DNA of 63,807 nt, counting the filler, from Octopus bimaculoides (taxonomy: Eukaryota), in assembly GCF_001194135.2 (NCBI RefSeq). It is 5 parts of 5 records of this genome, joined end to end, with 100 filler letters (N's around TTAATTAATTAA, not from the genome) between each part and the next. Parts side by side here need not be neighbours in the genome. Positions count along the whole stretch, not along the records: positions 7,851 to 35,456 come from NC_069004.1; positions 35,557 to 51,939 come from NC_068985.1; 3 more parts are not named here. The stretch is one strand, 5' to 3'. Every line of letters starts with the position of its first letter. The first letter of the stretch is position 1. The position numbers and the translations under genes were made by a program. A model generated the notes under the pieces. The model made no database searches and had not been told where the DNA came from. It saw nothing but the letters and a program-made list of their open reading frames with translations. Shown piece after piece: positions 23,516 to 37,557 of this stretch.

Positions 23516-23760
23516 TGTCAATACCGGCATGCCATACGATCTGCAAATCTAACAAGAGGCCTCAAAAGACATTTTAAGATTTACAAAGATCAGAACTTAA
23601 GTGCAGCTCTTGGTGGTCCAAAGCAGATATGCAATTTATGTAGGTGTCTTTTGGAAACATTGTCTGGTTTTAAAAAGCCACATCAGATCCCACGATAAAC
23701 ATAGAGGTGGTCAAACTCTGTTTAAGGAGTAAACAATCACCATGTATGTACATATGTATG
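23516..23760 (+). mobile_element. Probable LINE (RTE-like) 3' end encoding C2H2 zinc-finger remnants, with (ATGT)n-like tail
   Basis: RGLKRHFKIY...QICNLCRCLLETLSGFK then, after a +1 slip in A5 (23672-23676), SHIRSH; this gives C-x2-C-x12-H-x3-H. Stop at 23730-23732, then CATGTATGTA. Confidence 0.6.
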
Positions 23761-23810
23761 TGTGTATATATGTATATAACATATGGTATGATTATAAACA
23801 GGGTAAACTT

Positions 23811-24081
23811 TTAACCATTTCTCCGCAGACTGTACAAGCTTTTATCACTTAACACTTAAGTATTTAAACAGGCAATATCAGGCCCAGACATTCTACCTGA
23901 TTCATGATCAAACTGTCCAAATATGGCCCCTCACACCAGCTCTACAAGATCATTCTAAAAACTAATGGTTACTTCATCAAAATTTCAAAGCAACAAGATT
24001 AATGCAATATTAATTGAAAACATGTGAATAAATAAGAATTACTTTTGATAGAATATTACATTGTGAACGCTATAGGGTTAA
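23811..24081. mobile_element. piggyBac-like MITE
   Basis: TTAA|CCATTT...TATAGGG|TTAA termini, AT-rich non-coding interior. Confidence 0.5.
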
Positions 24082-24237
24082 CTCTAATGACGCACTGATG
24101 TTAAACTTTAAAATCTGTGACGCAGCTATCGTCTGTCAAAATGAGGAAATTATTAAATATGGATGACTGCATGTGTATATGTATGCAAGCCTGTCTGTCT
24201 GACTGTATGTATGTGTGTATGTATGTATGTATGTATG

Positions 24238-24274
<37 letters not shown>

Positions 24275-25593
24275 ATGTAAGTTCTATTTCTCTTTTTAAC
24301 CGACAGTAAATTTCGCACGACCACCTGCTTGAGAACAAGGTTATGAAGGATCTCATCTTGTTTTCTTCATAATCCTTTAAATATTAAGAATGTCTTCCAT
24401 ATTTATATATTCAAACATATAGAAATCATTTCCAGCGTGTGAATTAAAGATTTCCGTTCTCTCCTCAACAAATCCCAATTCAGACATACTTTGCTCCAGA
24501 CGGGTCGGTTACATATGTATGTATGTATGTATGTATGTATGCATGTATGTAGCAAACATATATCTACAGATTTCTGAAAGTTTATGCTTTAAATTTCTGT
24601 ACTAAAATATTTCCAGGTTATAGTTTTCGAATATATATATATTTAAACAAAAAACTACGATTTCTTTAAAAAAAAAAACAAACAAAAAAGCATCGTAAAA
24701 GCAGCATTCGGTGAATTACGTGTAGAATAAATATCTCGTTGCTTATCAAGATTCTATAAGAAAGCAGAGAGAATTCTTCAGAAATGCACTTTGGCGGAGT
24801 TCCAAACAAATCTCTTGACAATTTCAGAGCTACGTTCTTCAAAGCAAATAGATAAAAAGAAAAAAATTGCAAACATGCACGCGCTTGCTTTCCTCTTGTA
24901 TTTACGTCCGTGCATACGTAATATATACATATACACATGTATACATATATACATACATACATGTATATGTATATATTANNNNNNNNNNNNNNNNNNNNNN
25001 NNNNNNNNNNNNNNNNNNNNNNNNNNNNNNNNNNNNNNNNNNNNNNNNNNNNNNNNNNNNNNNNNNNNNNNNNNNNNNNNNNNNNNNNNNNNNNNNNNNN
25101 NNNNNNNNNNNNNNNNNNNNNNNNNNNNNNNNNNNNNNNNNNNNNNNNNNNNNNNNNNNNNNNNNNNNNNNNNNNNNNNNNNNNNNNNNNNNNNNNNNNN
25201 NNNNNNNNNNNNNNNNNNNNNNNNNNNNNNNNNNNNNNNNNNNNNNNNNNNNNNNNNNNNNNNNNNNNNNNNNNNNNNNNNNNNNNNNNNNNNNNNNNNN
25301 NNNNNNNNNNNNNNNNNNNNNNNNNNNNNNNNNNNNNNNNNNNNNNNNNNNNNNNNNNNNNNNNNNNNNNNNNNNNNNNNNNNNNNNNNNNNNNNNNNNN
25401 NNNNNNNNNNNNNNNNNNNNNNNNNNNNNNNNNNNTATATATATGCATGTGTGTATAAGGTTATATATAGTTATATATGAATCTGGGTGAATGGTATACA
25501 TTTGTAGTCGTATACAGTTTTGATGCATACATTTAGGTAAGGATACATGCATCTTTCAGAATGCGTATACCTTGTATACACACGCGAATACAA

Positions 25594-25632
<39 letters not shown>

Positions 25633-27418
25633 TCGACGTACATAGATGTATACTTATAAATGCATTCATATACATATATATATATATATATAGACAATCA
25701 GAACGAAAGAGTGTGATGTACGGATGGATGAACGGATGGATGGAAGAACCGTTGCATATTTGTGAATGAATATATCGTTTAAATGTGAATATACATACAC
25801 ACACACATATATGCATGTATATATATGCATACATATACAGGTATGCATATATCACGTGACATGCGTATGATATGCGCGAGTCAATTTCTTTCGAATCAGT
25901 CTAGGAATATGAAGGAAAATTGTGTTATATTGTTGATACAAGTGTATCATTCTGCGTTCGTTTGTCACTTCGCAAATGCATATAGTCGTTTGTTTACCTA
26001 TAGTACATTCATATACATACTCACAGACCTATACAATAGCGCATATACTAGTTGAGATATATATATATATATGTATATATATATCAGTATATGTGTGTGA
26101 GAGCAGATAAAATCTAAAACTGTGTAACACAAAGTCACACGCACACACACGGACACACGCGCAAGCAAATGCATGCACACATATGTGAATACATGTTTAC
26201 AGGTTTCTGAAGGTGTTTGTGTTTGCGGACATTTACATAGTAATGTTCAGGTATATGTTTAACATTTGTACTCACACACATACACACAATCGTGTATATA
26301 TTCGTACATATATATAGAGATATTTTATGTATTCATATATACTGCTCTATATATGTGTGAGTAAATGCATATATATATATATATATATATATATANNNNN
26401 NNNNNNNNNNNNNNNNNNNNNNNNNNNNNNNNNNNNNNNNNNNNNNNNNNNNNNNNNNNNNNNNNNNNNNNNNNNNNNNNNNNNNNNNNNNNNNNNNNNN
26501 NNNNNNNNNNNNNNNNNNNNNNNNNNNNNNNNNNNNNNNNNNNNNNNNNNNNNNNNNNNNNNNNNNNNNNNNNNNNNNNNNNNNNNNNNNNNNNNNNNNN
26601 NNNNNNNNNNNNNNNNNNNNNNNNNNNNNNNNNNNNNNNNNNNNNNNNNNNNNNNNNNNNNNNNNNNNNNNNNNNNNNNNNNNNNNNNNNNNNNNNNNNN
26701 NNNNNNNNNNNNNNNNNNNNNNNNNNNNNNNNNNNNNNNNNNNNNNNNNNNNNNNNNNNNNNNNNNNNNNNNNNNNNNNNNNNNNNNNNNNNNNNNNNNN
26801 NNNNNNNNNNNNNNNNNNNNNNNNNNNNNNNNNNNNNNNNNNNNNNNNNNNNNNNNNNNNNNNNNNNNNNNNNNNNNNNNNNNNNNNNNNNNNNNNNNNN
26901 NNNNNNNNNNNNNNNNNNNNNNNNNNNNNNNNNNNNNNNNNNNNNNNNNNNNNNNNNNNNNNNNNNNNNNNNNNNNNNNNNNNNNNNNNNNNNNNNNNNN
27001 NNNNNNNNNNNNNNNNNNNNNNNNNNNNNNNNNNNNNNNNNNNNNNNNNNNNNNNNNNNNNNNNNNNNNNNNNNNNNNNNNNNNNNNNNNNNNNNNNNNN
27101 NNNNNNNNNNNNNNNNNNNNNNNNNNNNNNNNNNNNNNNNNNNNNNNNNNNNNNNNNNNNNNNNNNNNNNNNNNNNNNNNNNNNNNNNNNNNNNNNNNNN
27201 NNNNNNNNNNNNNNNNNNNNNNNNNNNNNNNNNNNNNNNNNNNNNNNNNNNNNNNNNNNNNNNNNNNNNNNNNNNNNNNNNNNNNNNNNNNNNNNNNNNN
27301 NNNNNNNNNNNNNNNNNNNNNNCATATGTGTGTGTGCATATATATATATGTATGTTTATATGTGTATACGTATTTTCCTATACATATATGTATATATATA
27401 CACATATATATACGCGTT

Positions 27419-27453
<35 letters not shown>

Positions 27454-28619
27454 AATGAACGCCACTAACGTGATCGGATTTTACTGCAGGTTGCATTTCG
27501 CTATTTTTATGTTACAGTGCAGTAGAGCGAAAGTATCTCAGTGCAAGGTTATCGCCAATTTTGGAAATTACTCCGTGAGACTTGGTTGAAACTGACAAAA
27601 GGCAACTATTTATAAACTGCCGCGTTCAGGCATCTGGATATTGTCCAGTAGGCCCTTCCCCAGGTAAACTGAGGAACCCGAAGCCCTCCGCTGCCCACAC
27701 TGAACATTTTTTTAACAATTATGGATTGTATTGGATGTAATGATAGAAGCCTAACTATGAGCACTTTCAAGTAAAGCTTTATTCAACATCACTACTCTTT
27801 TAAACGAAGTATCCTGAAATATACAATATCTCTGCCTCACTTTGCCTGCAAACACAGACATGGTGAATGGCAGATTATTCAGCAAGTGAAAACATGGTTG
27901 ATAAGCTCACCTATATTTACAACGTCATATCAAGTAGAAATTTGCCTAGATTAGACGTTAGAAATACTGAAGAAATTTGTTCCTTTTCTTAAACGGAGAG
28001 CGGAAGTCTTGTCTAATTGCTTCCATCGTTCAAAGTATCCCCTGGGAAAAATTCCAGACATCTGTATGTCATATTGTCCAAATATCTACTTTAGTCAGTT
28101 CATATGAATTATTACTTCTGACAGTGACGACTGTGAAATTAGTTGCTTCTCTTTACATCACAATAGTACATGATCAGAAATTCTACGAACTGCAAATTTA
28201 TTCTGAGATTCGTCCAAAGTACCCCTTATGTGTGGTGAATGGAGAAAAAGAATGAAATTCGCAGGAATGATGGTGTCAATAACAAACTATCGTGTAATAA
28301 GTTTAAACTGTACATTATGTAATGAATACTCTTGTTTTTTTCTTCTTTGTTTGGATTAAAATATATTTGCTTCATACGTGTTGAACCTTTTGCACAAACG
28401 AAGTTTAAGCAATCAAAATTCAAACATTAACAAAGAATTAATATACAAATCATCGTCACCATCATCATTTGACAACATTGCTTCTTCGCATTATTATCGT
28501 GCAACTGCAATGAATCGCCAGCTCTTTGCCATCGTAGGAGCACCACACGAACGCTTTCCATAAACCCACAGAATGTCAAGAGGCAGGCGTCCTTTTCTGA
28601 TGCATCCGTCTGTCATAGG

Positions 28620-28877
28620 AAGAAATAGTAAAAGTATTTGAGCGTACCCCTCTATATACATGAATGGTGATAACGTACCCACTTCAGCCTTGGCTCCATT
28701 AGTTTGGTATGCTTCAACCGGAAGACTCGTTCTAGGAGGTCATGACAGTCTTTCGCATGCTGGCTTGGAAACAGTTCAGCTTCGATCTCCTTCCACGAAG
28801 GATTGCAGGTGAATGTAATAAATAAAGCAGTCCTGCCGTAATGACGGACGTAAGTCATAGCGTCTTGCGTTCTCTCC
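28620..28877 (-). mobile_element. Helitron Rep domain fragment
   Basis: ERTQDAMTYVRHYGRTALFITFTCNPSWKEIEAELFP..HDLLERVFRLK..KLM, then a decayed HUH-motif region MYIEG-YAQILL. Confidence 0.9.
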
Positions 28878-29066
28878 GGACGCTTCAACTTACCTACATG
28901 CAACGAAGTAGCTGTCCTTCTTCATTGTAATCAATATAACCACCGAGACATTGTCCTTAAACGCAGAGACAACACCCTTCGCCGTATGTACGAGACGCAC
29001 AGATCTTATGACGCCCTGCAGTACCCACTGCCCTTTGTGAGAGGAGAGGACGGCTACCGGTTTTGA
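28878..29066 (+). mobile_element. Helitron Rep N-proximal fragment
   Basis: GRFNLPTCNEVAVLL..RDIVLKRRDNTLRRMYETHRSYDALQYPLPFVRGEDGY, open frame lacking an ATG. Confidence 0.9.
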
Positions 29067-29341
29067 ACTCATCAGCGCAAATCAGACAACAAAGATCTTG
29101 CATCCTATGAGACCTCTTCCACACCTGTGTCTAGGCACATACACTCTGTCAGTATCGCTTTTGTGGGTGTAGTTATTATTATTATTATTATATTGCTCAG
29201 AACTTGGAAGTTCAGAAAAACACATATACAGAATGAGTATTTAGATGAATTCGTTTGACTGGACCGTTTAAAGCGTACCGCGATCCTAACACTGAAAGAA
29301 GTAAAAAGATTATTAGAAAATGTAGACACCCAAACACGCAC

Positions 29342-29383
<42 letters not shown>

Positions 29384-30563
29384 GCATACATACCTAATAT
29401 GTTCATCTACTCTGTTTAACTCTAAATACTTTACCTTCAATATTTCTTAATACAAAGATATTATTTAAATATAAAAAAGAAACCAAGGTTGCGGTTCGTA
29501 GAATCGAAACATGATCTCTCCATTTGCAATACAAAATTCTTAATCTCACAGTCACACAATACACCCATTGTATTCCCAAGAATATGTTTTCGTAATATTT
29601 TACCACAACGAGACAGCATGAATATCTTACCTTGTATTTGTCGATCCATTCAAATGTTATTATTTTTTATGTTGTAAAACTACTGAATTCTTTCGCTCCG
29701 TCGGTCTATAAGCTCTCGGCGGATCACAGTAAATATCAAATGCTGTGCATATACATAGATACCAACAAGGATACATATATACACACATACATACAGAGAT
29801 ATCTATATACGTGAGTGTGTGTGCGTGGTTCGTGTGTCTGTTTAATCAGCCAGACGAGAGGGTACTCGGCATAGTTATCTGGTATTGTAAACTAAACGGA
29901 GTGCCCTCTTGCGTGCAAGGGAGGTAATAGAACTATGCTGGCCCATTGCTCGAAGACATTTCTGTTCGTAAACGTGATAAACGCTTCTTATGCATTGTTA
30001 ATCACATATATTTTTCGATCTATCGCTGTATCAACGTATCTATGAATCTATACACGTATATGCGCACAAAATACATAGACCTATGTATATGTATGTGTGT
30101 GTGTGCGTTGTGTGTGTCTAGTGAGTGTGTGTTTACATGTATGTACAGAGGTACGTATAGTTATATATACATATATTTATGTTTATATAAACACTATACA
30201 TTCGCGCGCGCATACACACACATATGTATTATCCAATTTCTACACGCTATTATTTATAGGATTGTCTTCATCAACTTGCATTCTAAAAAAACAAACAAAG
30301 CTACAAGTCTCTCGAAGTTTCTAACTTCTTAAAATGTGAACATATATGTGTTGGTATACATACATATATATNNNNNNNNNNAAGTATACATGAGTATATA
30401 TTTACATACCATATACATACGGATATATACACACAACAAATGTACGCACTGTACATACATACATGCTCATTTGCATGCACACTTACTGATATGTGCATAT
30501 TTGCTAATATATAAATACACACATATAAGTATATATATATATATATATGTGTGNNNNNNNNNN

Positions 30564-30595
<32 letters not shown>

Positions 30596-30809
30596 TGTAT
30601 GGTGCTTGAAGGTGTCTAAATCAATCGAACGTAGAAATATGTTGGTTGAAAACAATGGTTTGTATAGAAATATACGTTTACGGTTAGTGGGTTAGTTATA
30701 ATTTGGTAGTTTGAGTTCATATCGCAGCATATAACGTCTGAATGCATGAACCAGTACGCATACATTTATATTGTGCTGTTGTTGTTCTTGTTGTTGCTGT
30801 TGTTTTTAG

Positions 30810-30861
<52 letters not shown>

Positions 30862-31934
30862 GCTGTTGTCATTGTTTAGCCCTTAGCTGTATAGGTTCGA
30901 GGAGTAACGTGGAAAATATTTCCGCTAATAACTGAAAGATTCAAGAAATAATATGTTACATTCACCTCTCACACACACACACATACACACAGACTCACAC
31001 ACACATACAAACTTAAGTACATGTATGTATATACTTATGTATACAAAAGTACAGAAATGCATTTATATATATATANNNNNNNNNNNNNNNNNNNNNNNNN
31101 NNNNNNNNNNNNNNNNNNNNNNNNNNNNNNNNNNNNNNNNNNNNNNNNNNNNNNNNNNNNNNNNNNNNNNNNNNNNNNNNNNNNNNNNNNNNNNNNNNNN
31201 NNNNNNNNNNNNNNNNNNNNNNNNNNNNNNNNNNNNNNNNNNNNNNNNNNNNNNNNNNNNNNNNNNNNNNNNNNNNNNNNNNNNNNNNNNNNNNNNNNNN
31301 NNNNNNNNNNNNNNNNNNNNNNNNNNNNNNNNNNNNNNNNNNNNNNNNNNNNNNNNNNNNNNNNNNNNNNNNNNNNNNNNNNNNNNNNNNNNNNNNNNNN
31401 NNNNNNNNNNNNNNNNNNNNNNNNNNNNNNNNNNNNNNNNNNNNNNNNNNNNNNNNNNNNNNNNNNNNNNNNNNNNNNNNNNNNNNNNNNNNNNNNNNNN
31501 NNNNNNNNNNNNNNNNNNNNNNNNNNNNNNNNNNNNNNNNNNNNNNNNNNNNNNNNNNNNNNNNNNNNNNNNNNNNNNNNNNNNNNNNNNNNNNNNNNNN
31601 NNNNNNNNNNNNNNNNNNNNNNNNNNNNNNNNNNNNNNNNNNNNNNNNNNNNNNTATATAAAGAGAGAGAGAGACAGAGATACAGACAGACAGACAGACA
31701 GAAAGGCAGACAGAGTGAGAGAGAGAGAGGGATAGAGGGTGTCCGAAAAGTCATTGATGGGTTTCAAGTTTCAATAACTTCCTTAACTTAACAAATAAAT
31801 GCTTGAAATATTAATGCAATGTAAAGGACAAAATGGAAATTAATATGCAGAAGTCAACTTCTGCAACACCACAACATCGCATATGAAAAATGATAACGGT
31901 TAAATGGCTGCAATATTTCCAGGATTTGTATTGC

Positions 31935-32650
31935 CTGAGTGACTTTTGTGGTCACACTTAAGTCATTTATCAGCTGTTTTAACACCCAGACGTAGAATTG
32001 CAAGAGCTACGTTAGACAACTTTTACCTGGTTGAAATCCATGCTGGGTGTCAGTCAGCAAGTCATTTTCTTCAAGGAATGGGATGCGTTTCATGCGGCTA
32101 TTCGTCCCATGACTTTGTTGATGTGTGAGGTCAGAGAGATAGGCCTATAGTTTTTAGCATCTTATCTGCTTCCTTCTTTATGTATTGGGCATATACTTCA
32201 GTTTGTCTGTGAGATTACCATTTGCAAGGAGGCTTTGAAAAAGAAGCTGTAGTGGTTTTCTAAGAGCTTGTTTGCACGACTTGAAAAGGCCCGCTGGAAA
32301 TCCATCAGGATCAGTAGGTGAGTTTTTGTCAACCTCATCTACAGCCAGTAGATGTTGATGTACTCGATTTTTGCTTGTTTGGTTACAGGTAAAGTGTCGA
32401 AAAATTCTGCGGGTTTGTTCACTTGCCTGTTTTACCGAGGTGTAGAGAACACACTTTGGAACTGTTGGTTCAGTAATTTACTTATCCTCATGGGGATTCC
32501 TGTGAGGGAGCCATCTTTTGCATGATTTGAGAAGGCCCGCTGGAAATCCATCACGACCAGTACCATGGGGATTCTTGTGAGGGAGTCATCTTTTTTGCAG
32601 AGAAGGCCCAGCTTCTGGTGTACTGAAGCTGTATGTGAGTGAGTACTTTT
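31935..32650 (-). mobile_element. CR1/L2-group LINE fragment, N-terminal RT region, with internal rearrangement
   Basis: KDGSLTG..LLNQQFQSVFS..PDGFPAGLFKSCKQAL..PIHKEGSR*DAKNYRPISLTSHINKVM..QHGFQPGKSCLT. Confidence 0.85.
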
Positions 32651-33476
32651 CTGCACCACAGAAAAGTACAACATAATCAACCCAAAACACACTCTTAACA
32701 TGGGAACTGAAATCATTTCACACTGCAGACACCAAAATAAATTCATCTTCAGAAGTGGCCCGAAATATGAAACTGAAGACCAGCGCTTAGCCTTCTGCTG
32801 ACCATAGTGAAAATCGGAGAGGCTACTGGAGCAGTTTTTTTTTTTTCTGGGCAGACCTTGCACAGAAGTTGTGCTGCGTCCGTTAGTAGTGGTCACTAGT
32901 TTAGGTGAAAAGAATTGTTTCAATGACGGACTACAGTTTAGTGAAAAGAATAAAGGAATTGGTAATGGTTTAATGTCACATTTCCTAGGTTTTAAGAAAT
33001 GGAAAATACGTTTTAATGAGTAACAAAATATCACGTTTACATATACTAAAGAAAGATGTAGGTAAGAATTCTATGAGAAACGAACACTCAAACTGCATTT
33101 GTCTCACAGCCTTACTCTGTAACATTACTAACGAAAGTGTTATAGTCATGTGTACGTAACAATACTAGCAACAGAGATAAAGAGAGAAATAGAGAGAGAG
33201 AGAGAAGGAGTAATATATGGGAAATAACGTACGATTTATATTAACCATATCTGAGCGATTGCCTCTACCATGTACCCGTATATACACGCAGACGCACGGA
33301 CACCAACATGAATTCGAATATATGTATGGAGTCTGTTATGACACAAAAATCCCCCTATATACACAAGTTAGAAACTAATCTGTTATATATTATTCCATCA
33401 ATCAACGTCCACCCACCTGTATCTCCCACCCACTTCCACTTTCTCCCACCCTCTCTCTCTCTCTCTCGCATATATG

Positions 33477-33526
<50 letters not shown>

Positions 33527-35340
33527 NNNNNNNNNNNNNNNNNNNNNNNNNNNNNNNNNNNNNNNNNNNNNNNNNNNNNNNNNNNNNNNNNNNNNNNNNN
33601 NNNNNNNNNNNNNNNNNNNNNNNNNNNNNNNNNNNNNNNNNNNNNNNNNNNNNNNNNNNNNNNNNNNNNNNNNNNNNNNNNNNNNNNNNNNNNNNNNNNN
33701 NNNNNNNNNNNNNNNNNNNNNNNNNNNNNNNNNNNNNNNNNNNNNNNNNNNNNNNNNNNNNNNNNNNNNNNNNNNNNNNNNNNNNNNNNNNNNNNNNNNN
33801 NNNNNNNNNNNNNNNNNNNNNNNNNNNNNNNNNNNNNNNNNNNNNNNNNNNNNNNNNNNNNNNNNNNNNNNNNNNNNNNNNNNNNNNNNNNNNNNNNNNN
33901 NNNNNNNNNNNNNNNNNNNNNNNNNNNNNNNNNNNNNNNNNNNNNNNNNNNNNNNNNNNNNNNNNNNNNNNNNNNNNNNNNNNNNNNNNNNNNNNNNNNN
34001 NNNNNNNNNNNNNNNNNNNNNNNNNNNNNNNNNNNNNNNNNNNNNNNNNNNNNNNNNNNNNNNNNNNNNNNNNNNNNNNNNNNNNNNNNNNNNNNNNNNN
34101 NNNNNNNNNNNNNNNNNNNNNNNNNNNNNNNNNNNNNNNNNNNNNNNNNNNNNNNNNNNNNNNNNNNNNNNNNNNNNNNNNNNNNNNNNNNNNNNNNNNN
34201 NNNNNNNNNNNNNNNNNNNNNNNNNNNNNNNNNNNNNNNNNNNNNNNNNNNNNNNNNNNNNNNNNNNNNNNNNNNNNATATATACATGTATATTTGTTAT
34301 ATATTCCTAACGTTTGCCAGGGATAGCAATGCAACAGCAGCAGCCGAAACGTCCAAAGTTATGTGGCCGTTACGTCGATATGTCAAGTTAGATCTTTATC
34401 ACGAGAGTAGGACGATTCAATTATAGATGTAATATGCAAATCTGCACACAGTCAAACTGCATTTCACGCTAGCATTAGTAGAGAGTAGCCAACACTTGGT
34501 GAAAGTATTAATAATAGATTTTCTTTTCCTGGCCTCGGTAGGAATGTAACAAATGTTATCGCAAATGGTCTAAAATATACGTTTTATTTAAGTGGCATGT
34601 AATATATTTAGTACAGGAGTGCTGTGCTAAATATATAATAATATCCTATATCTTGGCCATGACTTTAAACTGCATCCGGTAGTGGGTCACTGGTTTGGAG
34701 ATTTTATGAGCTTGAGGAGTGGGAGACCACTTTTCACCACTGTTGTTCCCTAGTTTTTTTGTGACCCGGAGTAGTATCATCTCATAAAATTGCAGCTATT
34801 GGTTAGATAGCGTGTAATCACTTCAGGTACTGCTATGTTGAAATCACGTGCTGCAGCTTAGCGGAGGTGAACCATTTCTACGAGAGAGTTTATTGAATGT
34901 CATTAGATGCTGAGTACATAAACGGGCAACAATTTCCAAAGACCAGGGTCAAGTACTTCATTTTATGAACTACTGTTATTAATTTATAGCCATGCTATGC
35001 GCAGTAGTGGTATTTCAGGTAGTAAACGACAAATGTGACTAAAACACAAACAAGTCGTTCATGCCACATCGCTCGATCGAGAAGTCTGGTATGGTAAAAA
35101 TTGCATTAATCCGGGACATTGATCGATCTATATACCTATCTGTGTGTCTGTTTATCGGCCTCTCTGTCAGCTTATCCACCTGTCTGTGTGAATGTACGTA
35201 CGTAACGTACGTACGTACGTATGTATGTATGTATGTATGTATGTATGAATGTATGTATGTATGTATGTATGTATGTATGTATGAGTATGAGTGGGGTCGT
35301 GTGTGTGTCTGTGTGTGTGTGTTTGAATGTGTGTGTATGA

Positions 35341-35556
35341 TTCCAGGATCCGTCTCACTGCGTATCCTGGTGGATAACTATGTCCTGTGGCCAACACAAT
35401 CTTTTCGAGTGGATTTGACTATTGGAACCTGAAACAATCCCGTCGTATATATACGTNNNNNNNNNNNNNNNNNNNNNNNNNNNNNNNNNNNNNNNNNNNN
35501 TTAATTAATTAANNNNNNNNNNNNNNNNNNNNNNNNNNNNNNNNNNNNNNNNNNNN

Positions 35557-35593
<37 letters not shown>

Positions 35594-35820
35594 GTGGGGG
35601 AAGCCTTTATATCAGTGTTTGTCCCCCACTACCCCCGCGTGACAACCGGTGTTGGTGTGCTTACGACGCCTTAACCAAGCGAATCGGCAAAAGAGAACTG
35701 TAAAATAAGTACCAGACTTGAAAAAAATAAATACTGGTGTCGATTCGTTCGATTAAAATTCTTCAAGGCGGTGCTCCAGCATGGCCACAGACTAATGACT
35801 GAAAAAAAAGTAAAAGATGA
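35341..35820 (+). mobile_element. Family B SINE spanning its internal microsatellite and a scaffold spacer
   Basis: 5' body (CACTGCGT..GAGTGGATTTG..CTGAAACAATCCCGTCG) and 3' half (GGCAAAAGAG..AAGGCGGTGCTCCAGCATGGCC) lie either side of the gap. Confidence 0.7.
35457..35556. other. Artificial 100-bp scaffold spacer
   Basis: 44 N + TTAATTAATTAA + 44 N. Confidence 0.95.
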
Positions 35821-36889
35821 ACAATAAAAGATTAAAGATCTTGTTTCGCTTGGGAATCCAGCTGGAAAATCTAATGACAGGTGCTTCTGATAAGACCCTA
35901 TGGAGGAGGTGCTTAAGGGCTCCCTCCCCACGACCCATCCCCAGGAATAACTGGCAGATAAAATGGATGAATAGATGGCTGAATGGCTGAGTAGTCACAA
36001 TCTCTATCCAGGTTGTGACTATCCATTTACTACCACTACCACCACTGCTACCCACTCTACGAGCACTATTATCACAACACCACTACGAATACTACATCCC
36101 TAATTACTACACCACTACCCCTATCATCTATAACACCACTACGTTATAACTACAGCCATAACACTACCACAATACCACTGCCTATACTACTCCCACTACC
36201 ACTGCAGTACTGTACCACTATCAACACCATATTATCATTATTCCCATTATACCAAAACTTACCAATACTATGCAACTGTACCACCATTGTAACCACGCTA
36301 AACCAGTGCTTGTAGATTCCCCTGTCTAGACGACAGACAAATGTTCTGCTATTTCTTGCTGAACAACCTGTACAGATGATTTGTTTATAGTGATCAAAAT
36401 GTCTGAGCTGTACATTAGGCTCACTTCCTCCATTAAATTAACATTGCTTGCATTATATATATATATATTAGTGGTTCGTCCTTTAATTGGAATTTTTTTT
36501 CCTAAGATTTCTAATGTCTCTTCTTCATAATTTACTTTCGAATTTTTTATAAATTCGCATAGGTATGAGAGCTTGTATTGAAATAATGAGCATATGACTA
36601 AACTTGTCAAACAAAGTTCAACAAATTCATTCATGTTTATCTAATGAAGGGGATTGGATGTTAAAATGGATTTTAGTTTTTATTCTTCATATTGCTATGC
36701 AATTTTTTCATACAAATGGACTCAGATATCCATAAATAGAAAATCATAATAGTCAAACTTGTACTCCTCAATAGTTAATAGAAAAACAAAAAGGACGTTT
36801 AATGTTAGAAAACATAGGTTTTCTTCTTAGTTTTCATTTTTGGGGGATTTGTATATTCGTTCTTCCAGTCACTTTAAACATATATAGAT

Positions 36890-36917
36890 ATATAGCCATA
36901 TATATATGCACATACAA

Positions 36918-36958
<41 letters not shown>

Positions 36959-37465
36959 CACATATATATATACATATATATATGTATATACACATATATA
37001 CATATATATATATACATACATATATATATATACATATACATCTATATACACATACATATATATATACACACATAAACATATATGTATATATACGTATATA
37101 TATACATGCACACACATATACGCATATATATACACATATATACATATATGTACACATATATACATACATATGCATATATATACACATATATACATATATC
37201 CACACATATATGCATACATATATATATACATATATATACATACATATATATACATAAATATACATACATATATATATACATATACACACACATATATACA
37301 CATAAATATACATAGATAAATATATATATATACATAAATATATATATATATATATACTCATATATAAATACATATATATATGTATATATATGTATACATA
37401 CATATATATACATACATATACATGCATACATATACATACATACATATACATACATAAATATATCA
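36890..37465. repeat. Long degenerate (TA/CA) dinucleotide tract
   Basis: About 570 bp of near-continuous purine-pyrimidine alternation. Confidence 0.95.
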
Positions 37466-37557
37466 TAGTGAAAATAGAAATGAAGCTAACATATATAAAT
37501 AGTGAAAGCATTAACAGTTTCACTATTAAAACTGAAAGTGTTATCTCACATTACTAT

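Noticed and set aside
27985-28075. Minus peptide GIFPRGYFERWKQLDKT resembling Polinton polB GxFPYEY
   Set aside because: Too short and divergent, with no other polB motifs nearby.
32432-33034. 200-aa minus ORF as a host gene
   Set aside because: The C-terminal part is the CR1-type LINE with its duplication; the rest has no recognisable motif.
36326-36634. 102-aa minus ORF
   Set aside because: TTG start, AT-rich, contains a microsatellite, no motif.
36802-37523. Y/I/H/T/C/V-rich ORFs here and throughout the window
   Set aside because: Translations of (TA)/(CA)/(TG) microsatellites, which lack stops in some frames.
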